Shown one piece after another: positions 15,881-27,799 of a stretch of DNA of 64,000 bases (its first letter is position 1; each line of letters begins with the position of its first letter). The notes beneath the pieces were generated by a model. The model was not told the DNA's origin. It did no database searches and worked only from the letters and a program-made list of their open reading frames with translations. The stretch lies in assembly GCF_009914755.1 (NCBI RefSeq), contig NC_060926.1; one strand, 5' to 3'. The position numbers were made by a program, and so were the translations under genes. The stretch comes from the human T2T-CHM13v2.0 reference genome, Homo sapiens.

Positions 15881-15994
15881 ATTTTGATTTTGTGTAAGTT
15901 GTAAGTTGTGTAAGTTATTTCATGCCCTAAAATGGAAACATTTTACATTTTATTGTTTAATTATATACATTTGGCATATTAGGAAAAGTGATTA

Positions 15995-16930
<936 letters not shown>

Positions 16931-17571
16931 GGAAGGAGGGTCCCACAGATATTTGATATTTATTCTCCTAGGTTTTATCTTATTCTTGTCACATTATATC
17001 CTGTCTCCTTTCCTCTCAGTTTTTAGCAGTCTAGCTGAAGTAGGAGCCTGGCATTCAGTGCAAGAGTAAGGGAGATATCTACCTTCTACGCTCTTCAACT
17101 TAGAAATTATAAAAAGGAGAAAGATTATCTAAAAGGTAATTGAAACAATTTGTACCTTTTAAAAGAAGTACTTAATAAATCTTTTCTGCACATATAAGAA
17201 GATACGTGGAATTTACTATAAGACAGATAATTGGATCATCGTGAGGGTAGGTATTAATGGGAATGGCAATGAACGGGGGATGGGGATGATGAGGTTATTA
17301 CCTCTCCCTACAAAGCTGGACCTTGATGACAGTGTTGGAGTGATATTTTGTTGCACATTTTCACTATTAGACCATCTCTGTTAAACCCACCCTTGGTACC
17401 CACTTTGCCAAGAACAAACTGTAAGACCTTGGGGCAAATCATTTCACCTTTTGAACCCTTAGGCCCACATTGTCATATGGGGAAGTTATCACCTGCTTTT
17501 TACTAGTTTTAGTGCATCACTGACAGATGCTCATGAAATTTGTGTGTGATGCTGCATTGAAAAGGGGAGAA

Positions 17572-17895
17572 CAGATGTACAACCTCTTAGCCACTATTCT
17601 GGAATAAAAAAAAATTCTAAAAACTGGAAGTTATTGCATAACTCCCTTGGCAGCCAAACATGGCATGACCTAATATGAGGCCACTGATCATTTTTCTTTA
17701 TCCCATTTAATATAAACATCTATATATTTAGCTGCAGAAATGTGAATGTTTGATTGTGGATTGCTGCCCAGAGTACAATGGGGACATTATGTAATATATG
17801 ACATATGTACTGGGTTATAATTCTAAATTCCTGACATTTCTGAATTCTGAAACCCATCTGGTGCAAAGGAATTCAGATAAGAGGCTGTGGGTCTT
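17572..17895 (-). mobile_element. TcMar-Tigger MITE (MER46C-like)
   Basis: ttctgaattctgaaacccatctgg...cagataagaggctgtgggtct terminus and a degenerate matching TIR at 17572. Confidence 0.55.
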
Positions 17896-19811
17896 TATTT
17901 CTAGATATCATTATTATTTCCCTGCCATGAAGTAGGACTTTTCTCAAATCTTTCTAAAACCACAGCCACTAACATTTTTCCTTCCTTTTCAGAGAGTCAC
18001 AGCAAATTTCTTATTCATGTTTTCACTTATAGAATCGTCTCAAAATTCTTCAATGTCAGAGCTAAAGGGTGTATGGGAACCATTGTTCTAGTTATCAGAT
18101 GGGTGAATTAGGGCCCGAAGCATGTATTGAGGAGGCCATTCCATGGCAGAGAGGTGTCCAGATAATGCGAAAAGCCACCTGAGTCCCATACCCACGTTCC
18201 ACCTTCTAGAGTGTGCAGCCTCCGTTCCTAGTTGGTAATCTCTTCCCTGCAATTAAATTCATTTGATGGTGCATCTTAAATCAACTTTAATTGGACACTT
18301 GCTGTGCTTTAAAAATACTACTTTTCCTTGTCTATGTAAGTTTCTTTGCACGCTATCACTTTTTTTTTTAAGCAGAAGAATTTGTATGTGTAGTATGTGT
18401 GTGTGTGTGTGTTAGAGTAAAACAGTCTGTAAAATTATTATCTGGAGGCAAGAGTTCTTTTTCCAGTTACTTGGTTAACTTTACCTGTTGATAGCCTGGG
18501 ACACATTGTAAATATTTTTCAACCCCATGTAAAGAACTATCTTAATTAAGTGCAATGCATCCTTTAGAACTTCAATGAGCTGTAAAATCAGCTCTTCACC
18601 TTCAAATGCCTGATATAGCTAATTTCACGCGATATGCCAGCAACAGGCAGCCATAAGGTAGAAACCAGAACAGAGTGCTAGAAATAGAGACAAAAGTTTT
18701 ATGTTGCTTTAAACAACAAAACAAGACAAAAAACAACTTTCCCTCTTTACTCTCAGTTTTATATGGCAAACTGGGTATCATTTGACCTCTGACTTTTATT
18801 CCTCTTATTTTGTATTCCAGATGATTCTGGGTACAAATAACAGAAGCACAAAAAAGGCTACTCTGATTAATAATTTTTGCTTTCTAAAGAATGTATGCAT
18901 CAAAATGTGGGTGGAAATTTAAAGGCCACAGTAGACCTATTAGCACTGTATGTTCACTGGAGGAGGATTGATTGGAGCTAACTGCATGAGTTATGCGTAG
19001 AACATTATCCTTGAGTGGAGTTATATGTATGTCCTGAATATTATGCTTTGTTACAGTTTATTGGCCTTGATTCTACTTGTGAGGCCAGAGTATATTGCTC
19101 AGTTTTAGGGGAGCATTAACTATTTCAATCTGCCCTGATGAATCATAAAGCAAGGAAATAGACAGCACTGGATTTTTCTGGATTTTTACGTACACATTAG
19201 GACCCACTGCTTGAGTCTCTAGGGGCCTTTATGCATTCAGAAATCCCCAAATGACAAGGTGAAATCATGCCTAGGTGACAGTAGCCAATAGGTCCCAGAC
19301 AAATCTTCAATCAATCACATCCAGCTGGAAACAAAACTCCTTCCCAATAAAATATTCCCAGCTAAGGTTTGAGTCAAGAAGAGAATCTTGCATTCAAACT
19401 AGGATGCCCCTCTGCTCACATTTTGCAAAGGTACTTCCATTTCCCACAGATCATTTTTTTTTTAAACAGACTCAGGTATTCTAGCCGGGATGGTTTTGAA
19501 AGCATAACGTGCTGTCTGTTGTCTAGAAAGATGATGTGCGTGCCCCACTGCCAGAAGGGCATGCTCTTTGAATTGCTTTTGCTGCAGTGGGAAAAGGAGT
19601 TTCTCTAATTCATCCACACATTCTCTTCTATTGTCTCTGGGCCTGTGGAGGCCCCTAGTGAAGACTGGGGAACACGAAATAAGGCTGCGGCTCCTTGGAG
19701 AGGTTCCTGGGGGCAGAGATTTGGGTGGCTCTCGAGAAATAGCAGAATGTTCAAGGAAGAACAATCTGGAGAAACTGGGATAGGTAAGAAGCTGCACAAT
19801 CATGTTTACAT

Positions 19812-20117
19812 GTTTTTGGTTTTGTTTTTGTATTTTAGAAACAGGGTCTTGCTCTGTCTCTCAGGCAGGATTGCAGTGGTGCAATATCAACTCACTGCAG
19901 CCTTGACCTCTGGGCTCAGGTAATCCTTCCTCCTCAGCCTCCCAGCGGCTGGGACTACAAGCGTGCACCACCATGCCTGGCTAACTTTTTGATTTTTTGT
20001 AGAGACAGGGTCTCACTTTGTTTCCCAGGCTGGTCTTGAACTTCTGGGCTCAAGTGATCCTCCCACCTCGGCCTCTCAAAATGTTGGGATTACAGGCATG
20101 AGCCACTGTGCCCAGCC
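19812..20117 (-). mobile_element. AluJ
   Basis: TSD cacaatcatgttta / cacaatcatgctta. Confidence 0.95.
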
Positions 20118-20781
20118 CACAATCATGCTTAAATTTTGTTTCTTTTCTCACTCAAGTATTAGGATTATCATTCATCTTAAACATACACTACTCCTTTATT
20201 AGCAATTTTATCTTTTGTTCCTATGAAGAGTCCATTTTGCATTTTGCTAAAGGTACTCTGATTTTACTTCATATATTTGTTACTCCTTCATACTGGAAAC
20301 TGGAGGATGAGGTGAAATGAATTCAGGGAGGACAAGAGTTGGAGAAACCTGAAATCTCAACATAAGCACAAGACCCCTTCCATCTCTGCTCCACCCACTC
20401 TTTCCTTTGGGAGTCTGAAGTATGGAGAATGTTCTGTGAAAAACCAAGAGCAGAATAACAATAGAAGCTGATTTGTTTCCATGTTCAAATCTGATGTTAA
20501 TGGTGAAGAGGCAAGCTATACTTCCATCTATATCTCCCAAGGAGCATACTTCCCTCTAAAATACAGAGCCTGTGTCTTAAAATGTAAGGATGGGATCCCT
20601 GCAGGTACAATGGGCATCACTTGCATATACTTTGTATATATTTGCATAAAACTGCATGCTAAGATTAAGTGACTTTAATTCCATGTTTATAGAATAAAAT
20701 CAAACAAATTGATACTGCAGCCAACTACAATACCCACCAGCTTCAATATCAGGAAAAATATATATAAAGTACACAGTAGAC

Positions 20782-21079
<298 letters not shown>

Positions 21080-21727
21080 CACAGTCGACTTTTAAATGAG
21101 CTAATTTGATTATATCACCACAAAGACCTTTGAGCAGAAAGAAAAAGAAAATCCGGCTAATTTCATACTAGTGACTCAAAATGGCGGGTTGCTAAAAATA
21201 ACAGATTTCTCCAAAATGCACGCGAGAAGCTATATTTGGGCAACTGCAAGAAATGTATAGTATGGAAAGTAGGGTTAAGGTGTTTGCTCTTTTATATTGT
21301 ATGCTGGAGAAGAGTGAAATCCTCACTTTTCAGTGGGCAGTTTCATCATTTAAAAAGATATGCACACAATACACTTACAGCAAATAACCATCTCCAGACA
21401 AATTCTGTTATGGCCTCTTTGCGTCCCTGTCCATGTTCAGTAGAATGGAACATTAGGTCATAATTGTGGGGGCAGCAGCTCTTTGGTTTGGCTACCACGG
21501 TGAAATGGGTGTGGCAAGGGACCTCGTTTCTGGACTTTGCAGAGTGAATTGGGGCAGTACCATGCAGACATCTCTGGTTTGCTCCTGGGTCGAAAGGCCT
21601 TGTGCGACCCTGCTCGTTGCCCCTGCTTCAAACCCCCTGTCATTTTCACAATGGGTCTAAGGGTCATGGGGATGCAGTGCTTGCCAAGAGCACTCAGTTA
21701 AGAGCAAGGAAGGGAGAATCATAACCA

Positions 21728-22135
21728 TATCCGTTTCCGAGGAAACAAGATGCCATAACAAAGTGCCACAAACTGGGTGGCTTAGACCAGCAGAAGTCTG
21801 GATTCAAGGTGTGGGCAGAGCCTTGCTTCCTGTGAAGGTCCTGGGAAGGATCGTTCGGTCCTCTGTCCTAGCTTCTGGTAGCCCCTTGTCTTGGCAGCAT
21901 GACTTCAATCTTCACATCGCCTTCTCCCAGTGTGTCTGTCTCTGTGCCCAAAATTGCCCTTTTTCCAAGCACACCTTATTGGTCATATTGGATTAGGGGC
22001 CCACCTTCCTCCAACGTGAGCTCATCTTAACTCATTCCATCAGCAATGACCTTAGATCCAAATACGACCTCATTCTCAAGTACTGTTAGTTCCCTCAATG
22101 TACGCCTTTTTGGGGACACAATTCAACCCATAGCA
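21728..22135 (-). mobile_element. MLT1B/C MaLR LTR
   Basis: gccataacaaagtgccacaaactgggtggctta ... ggggacacaattcaacccatagca. Confidence 0.85.
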
Positions 22136-22165
22136 CTCATCAAGTAGATGTCCTGTGGGTTTAAC

Positions 22166-22331
22166 CTTCATTCTGACTTGTATGACTGCCCTGGGCTGTT
22201 TCCAGTTTCTCCAGTGGGAAAGTGCTCCCAAGGAAATTACCTTGCACAGAGGAAAGGCAGATGAAGAACTCATCTCCTAGCTGAATTTTCAACTCGATTT
22301 TCAAATCATTTTCCTTCTTGGTGAGCACAGA
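22166..22331 (-). pseudogene. Decayed dynein heavy chain exon (AAA5 buttress/strut coiled coil)
   Basis: SVLTKKENDLKIELKIQLGDEFFICLSSVQGNFLGSTFPLEKLETA vs recalled DNAH11 [45 protein letters not shown] and DNAH9 [43 protein letters not shown]. Acceptor tttattgctgtttcaa| has AG>AA; frameshift near the 3' end; donor AAG|gttaaa. Confidence 0.8.
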
Positions 22332-23489
22332 TTGAAACAGCAATAAAGACTTTTCAAACTTACAATGTCAGTCTTGTCAACAGAGAAAGCATGCATCACT
22401 GCCCTTCCAACTTGATCATCTCAAGGAGTTTCACTGATTTCACGGCTTCTGTAATTCAATCCCCAGTCAGCTATCCAAAGGGAAATAAAGTGTTATTTTG
22501 CCTTATTGTTGACATGGCTATAGGAAACTAGAGAAATAACTGTTTGTAGAGTTATTTGGAATTAGTGGACCAGGATTAATACCTATTAGGAAACTGGCAT
22601 AAAAGCAACTCGCTCAGAGAGCAGAGAAAGCCCAGCTGGTGGGTGGGAGGTCCCATGGCAACTCCTGTCCCAGGGGAGCAATTTTGCTTTTTACTTTGGT
22701 GACATCATATAAATTCAAAGTGACAAACTTCTCTTAAGGACTTTCCAAATTATTTACCCTCTATTAAGAGCTTAGCTCTCCTCTCATTACTTGTAGAAAT
22801 CATTTAAAGTGATCTCAAACCAGATTTCAAACTGTTATTGAGGACTTGAAAGCTGATAAGAAAAATCACTTAAAGTTTCCAATAACTTGTTTATACCTCT
22901 TATTTCCTTATACCCTTGCACAACTGACCAAAAATAAAAAAGAAAGTGGAAAAAATGGCTACACACATCAAAAAATAATGATAATAAAAGCAAAAAGTAA
23001 CCAGATTAGAGAGATTATATTAGGAAGATAAGGGCAAAAAGGACTATGAGAAAGGTGGAAGGGGTAGGGGAGCAGGAAACAGAGGTAAAAGAATGTTAGA
23101 AAACAGAGACCTATTACTGAATAAGAGATGATTCCATTTCAGAACCATAACCAAAATATGAGAAGTACTAGTCATATCTCAAGTCTTTGCTCACCATGAA
23201 GTCACTCTTTGTAAACATATCCTCAAGGGAAGAAAAGCAATCTAGTACGGCCAACCACTAATCCACAGACTCTGTAATCCAGAATATTAATCCCTAATCC
23301 AGAACACTGTGTGTGTTGGTAGTGGGGAAGGGTTATTCAACAAGGACAACCATATGGATGTATGGGAATTAAGGGTCATAATCCCAAGGAATATGTTGTA
23401 CCTTCAAGGGGCTTATAGTCTGTGTCACTGAACACTGGAAAATAAGTGGCATCCAGCTAGATCCAATGTTTGCTTTTTAGTCACTGTAT

Positions 23490-23935
23490 TCTAATCTGGA
23501 GGCCTGGGCTTCCAGTCTCTTTCAGATTGTTGGCAGAATTCTGTTCCTTGCGGCTGCAGGACTGAGGTCCTTGTTCCCTTTCTGGCTGTCAGCTTGGGGC
23601 TGTTTTCACCTCCTGGAGACTGCCCACATTCCCCACCACTTGGCTTCCTGCATCTTCAAAATTCACACATGGTGAAGTTGAATCCCCCTTGGGCTCTCAA
23701 CCTGACTTGATCCTCTTTTGCAACTAGCCAGAGAAAATCCTCTACTTTTAAAGGGCTCATATAATTATGTCAGGCCCGCTGGGATAATCTTCCTATCTTA
23801 AGGTCAACTGGCTTGGGACCTTAATTACATTTGCAAAAATCCTTTCATGGCAGTGTTTGATTGAATAACTGGGAGAAGGAGTGTGTACTGCAGGCTGAGT
23901 ATCTGGAAAGCTATCTTTGAATTTTGCCTACCATG
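23490..23935 (-). mobile_element. MLT1D-like MaLR LTR
   Basis: ttgttggcagaattctgttccttgcggctg...aattttgcctacca. Confidence 0.8.
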
Positions 23936-24084
23936 GCTTCCTTCTTACATTAGTGGTACTTCTGCTGAAACAGCAACAAGCCAATTTGCTATTTGTATAG
24001 AAATGTCTCTCTAAAAAGCAGAAGGCTGCAATAACATTGCATGATGTATTTTTCAAGATGAATATAGTACTCTTAAAAATCATT

Positions 24085-24400
24085 GGTCTGGGTGTTGTGG
24101 CTAACAACTGTAATCCTAGGACTTTGAGAGGCCAAGGCAGGTGGATCAGTTGAGCCCAAGAGTTTGAGATCAGCCTGCGCAATATGGCAAAACTCCATCT
24201 CCGCACACACACAAAAAATTAGCTGGGCATGGTGGCGTGTGGCTGTGGCTGTAGCTCTAGTCCCAGCTACTAGGAAGGCTGAGGTGGGAGGATCACCTGA
24301 GCCTGGGAGGTTGATGCTGCCGTGAGCTGTGATCATGCCACTGCACTCTAGCCTGGGTGACAGAGTGAGACCTTGTCTCAAAAATAAAAATAAAAATAAA
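24085..24400 (+). mobile_element. AluJ
   Basis: Full dimer, (AAAAAT)n tail. Confidence 0.93.
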
Positions 24401-24462
24401 AAAATCGCCGTACTATTTACAAAAACAGTTCTTAATACTTTTGCATTAAAAGGGTGACTTTA

Positions 24463-24515
24463 GTGCTCACTTTGGCAGCACATATATTAAAATTGGAATG
24501 ATACAGAGATCAGCA
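24463..24515 (+). pseudogene. 3'-truncated U6 snRNA retrocopy
   Basis: gtgctcactttggcagcacatatattaaaattggaatgatacagaga matches the U6 5' end. TSD aaaagggtgacttta 24448-24462 / aaaaggctgacttta 24546-24560. Confidence 0.9.
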
Positions 24516-24798
24516 ATTTCAGTTAAATAAGAAAAAAATTTTTTTAAAAGGCTGACTTTAAAACCAGAGTTCAGACATTAAAACCCAAGGTTCAGGGAGC
24601 TGAGAGTGGGTGATCCCTGTATAGAGGCCAGTTCTTAGTAGGAATTACATGGCTCTGTGTGGTCCCACTGTCAGGCAAGCTTCACCCAATTTGCTCACTG
24701 AAAAGACAAACTAACACGATCATTTTGGTTTTGAATCTGAATTTTGTAGCAACAACATATACTATCAAGACTCAACTTTTGCTAGCACAATAATCTTA

Positions 24799-24865
24799 TT
24801 TTATTTTACTTTAAGTTCCGGGACACACGTGCAGAATATGCAGGTTTGCTACACAGGTAAATAGG
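24799..24865 (-). mobile_element. Severely 5'-truncated L1PA 3' end
   Basis: ttttactttaagttccgggacacacgtgcagaatatgcaggtttgctacacaggta; TSD tagcacaataatctta / tagcacaatagtctta. Confidence 0.85.
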
Positions 24866-25059
24866 TAGCACAATAGTCTTAGAAATAGAAACTAAAATAA
24901 GTAAATGAAATAAAAGCTCTTTACAAAATATTATGGAAAATATTGCAAATCACAAAGGCCAGAATAAAAACAACCTCTAATTATACTACCCAGAGTTAAC
25001 CACTGTTAACGTTTTGGCTTTTTGTTTCAGTCTTTTTTTTCCTCTCTTCTACATAAACA

Positions 25060-25775
25060 TGTTTATTAGTCATAGGCCAATCAGGAGACAGAAACCACAC
25101 AGTAATTTGAACAGGGAAAATTTATTATAAATAATTGTTAACTATAACGTAGGCCTAACTAGGAAGGTGAAAACAATGCTCTAAACAATATCCTAGGGCT
25201 GAGGATGAAAATCGGGAGGAACCACTTTGAAGGAGGTCCTTTTCCCCACGACGGATTCAGACAGTGAGGGAAAAGAGATTCTCAGCTCCATTGAATGGTG
25301 GAGCTCTCCTGGCTGCCTGAGACAGAACTGGTGCATGGTTGCAGGGAAAAGGGGGAACATATGTCTGCAGGGCAGGTCCTCAGAGACAGCCAGGGCACAA
25401 AGAGTCATCTTGTTGGCAGGACAGATAGAGGCCCGGGGTGAGTGGTGTCTCTGTTGGGGGTCACCGGCTGGGGCTCTCTGAGAACTTGCAGAGAAACTGC
25501 ATGCTCTGGGTGTGTGGCAGGGGCAGAGGCTTCTGGCAGTGGTGCGCTAGGAGCAAGTAGAAAAACAACGGCCGTCCGACGGACGTCCGGGAACCTTGGG
25601 CGGGGCTAGTGGGGTAGCTTCTTCCTCCTGCAATGTCTCTCCTGCGCCCTCTACCGACAAGCTAAACCTCATTCTCGCTGCAAAGGAAAAAATGCTTGAA
25701 GGGTACAGCCTATGAAAGCAAAACAGGTCATGAAAGTAGATTTGGAGGTGAGAGGCAATGTACTACTAAACTGAG
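25060..25775 (-). mobile_element. ERVL LTR (LTR41/LTR52-like)
   Basis: aatcaggagacagaaaccacacagtaatttgaacaggg ... gatttggaggtgagaggcaat. Confidence 0.65.
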
Positions 25776-25801
25776 ATCACAACATGTATCTTATTTTGTA
25801 A

Positions 25802-26198
<397 letters not shown>

Positions 26199-26869
26199 TA
26201 CAATATAATTTTTAACAGGTGTATGATAATTTATATAATGGATGACCCTAACTTTTTTAGCCAGTATTCAGTTTTGGGCCATTGAGGTTATTTCCACTTT
26301 ATAGCTATTATAAACAGTGCTGTAACAAATATTCTAGTGGTGAATGCTTGCCATATTTGTATTTCCTTAGGATAAAGTCCTAGCAATGGGATTCCTGGAT
26401 TGAAGAACATATATACTCTTAATATTTTTATTCATGTTCTGAGATTTCCCCGCCAAAAGACAGCAGTATATTTTAAAGCAACGAGTCTTAGTAACATCTC
26501 TACATTTTATTTTTAAAATTTGTACTAATTTTACCAGCATACTAATTAAATGAATTTCATGATGGTAATAAAATAGTCTTGGAGAAAACAATTCTCAAAA
26601 CAACATTTAATAATGAATTATACCAAAGAATTATTTAAAATGATAATGAAGTGGCTATTAGTACAATACCAAAGAGAGAGAAATGAACAGAACTTACAAA
26701 TGCAGACACTGATTATTCCAAAATAAATTTTAAACTGTAAACACAGAGCTTATTGTAACAGACCATTTTTTTACAGGAACAGTTAATAGTTTGCTTTAAA
26801 ATAATTATCTTTTTAAAAAATCGTAGTAATTAGATTTACTCTTAACTCAGAAAAATGCAGTAGAAAAAA

Positions 26870-27070
26870 TACTAGAAAGAAAAACAGAATGAAATGAGAA
26901 AGGAAAAGAGGGAAGGAAGGAAGGACAAGAAGACAGGAAGATTTTTCCGAAAGAGGCAGGAAGGAGAGTGTATTGAAGAAAAGAAGAAAAACTAGAAGGA
27001 AAGAAAATATGAAAGAGTATATGAATAGAGCAGAAGCAAAAAAAAAAGAAAAAAAAAAAAGGGAAAAGAA
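26870..27070. repeat. GA/A-rich low-complexity tract
   Basis: Directly visible purine tract. Confidence 0.8.
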
Positions 27071-27169
27071 ACATTTTAAAGCAAATTCCACCTCCAGAAT
27101 GGTAATATTTAATGGGCTAACTATCAAAACATTTTTAAGTACTAAGAACACACAACTTAAGAAAGAAAG

Positions 27170-27364
27170 ACATACTTGTAGGAAATAAGCCTTAATTGTC
27201 CAATTTGCCAGAGAAGCAGAGATGGCAGTGTTTCTGTGACACTTACGTGGTTGGCTTCTGTCATCATGGAAGTAAGTACAGAAGCACATGCATTTCCACA
27301 TGGCTACAGAATCCCCAACGCTTCGTTTTGCTATAGGATGCCTCCAAATAAATGGCACAAGTAT
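27170..27364 (-). pseudogene. Decayed dynein heavy chain exon (AWxNEGLPxDxxSxENA motif entering AAA5)
   Basis: ILVPFIWRHPIAKRSVGDSVAMW ... LP*DR ... TE/NTAISASLANW (with frameshifts) vs recalled [44 protein letters not shown]. Collinear with the two exons upstream. Confidence 0.58.
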
Positions 27365-27427
27365 TTCCACAAAGAAGGTTTGGAGTAGACACATTGAGCA
27401 TTTCCACCATGGGGTGGTAGAATTTAC

Positions 27428-27598
27428 TTGACGGGTTAGTTATGGCAATGTGGTTTCTCAACAGGCTGCATGGGGGTCTGGCTTGCAAAGGAGCTCGCAT
27501 ATAAAGTGAAAGCTGCTCAGGAGAGCCAGGTCTCCCCACAGGCGTCCTGTGTTCACAGTCCTCGTAAATGTTCTCTGGAGGCCACAGATTCATTATGT
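27428..27598 (-). pseudogene. Decayed dynein heavy chain exon, next after 28889-29023
   Basis: Reads CGETWLS*AAFTLYASSFASQ vs recalled DNAH11 [20 protein letters not shown]. Preceded by a pyrimidine tract (ttttctgtctgttgctctaccttttcc) without a good AG; ends at caa|gtaaat. ~171 nt, with in-frame stops. Confidence 0.6.
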
Positions 27599-27799
27599 CG
27601 GAAAAGGTAGAGCAACAGACAGAAAATGCTGGCAGAGGTCCAGCCCTCTGTGGGCTTCGAGTGTGGTATTGCCTAGAGTTTGTTCCTACAGGTATTTTTG
27701 CATAAAGACCTCTGTCTGAGGAAGTGAGTCTAAGACAGCAGAGCTCAGGACGGTCTTTTAGAGTATTGGGTGCCCACGACTCTTTTGAAAGAAGTCCAT

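Noticed and set aside
19470-20440. Minus-strand EK..FP...YAFK and DFR...HLILQ dynein-like snippets
   Set aside because: Out of order relative to the better-supported exons.
21330-21650. ENDR..EA....R.VA...QFTL and FHR...QGR...LF..KL resembling the two dynein exons after 22166
   Set aside because: Position fits, but many gaps are needed and no splice sites are present. An alternative equally weak match exists at ~8400-8567, so it is indistinguishable from chance.
23340-23460. LIFQ...YKPLEGTT resembling the dynein [21 protein letters not shown]
   Set aside because: Equally well explained as an L2 3' end (gactataagccccttgaagg); ambiguous.
26813-27394. 193-aa hydrophobic ORF as a membrane protein
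   Set aside because: The C-terminal half is the translation of a T-rich low-complexity tract. Only the N-terminal part is informative (dynein relic, reported separately).
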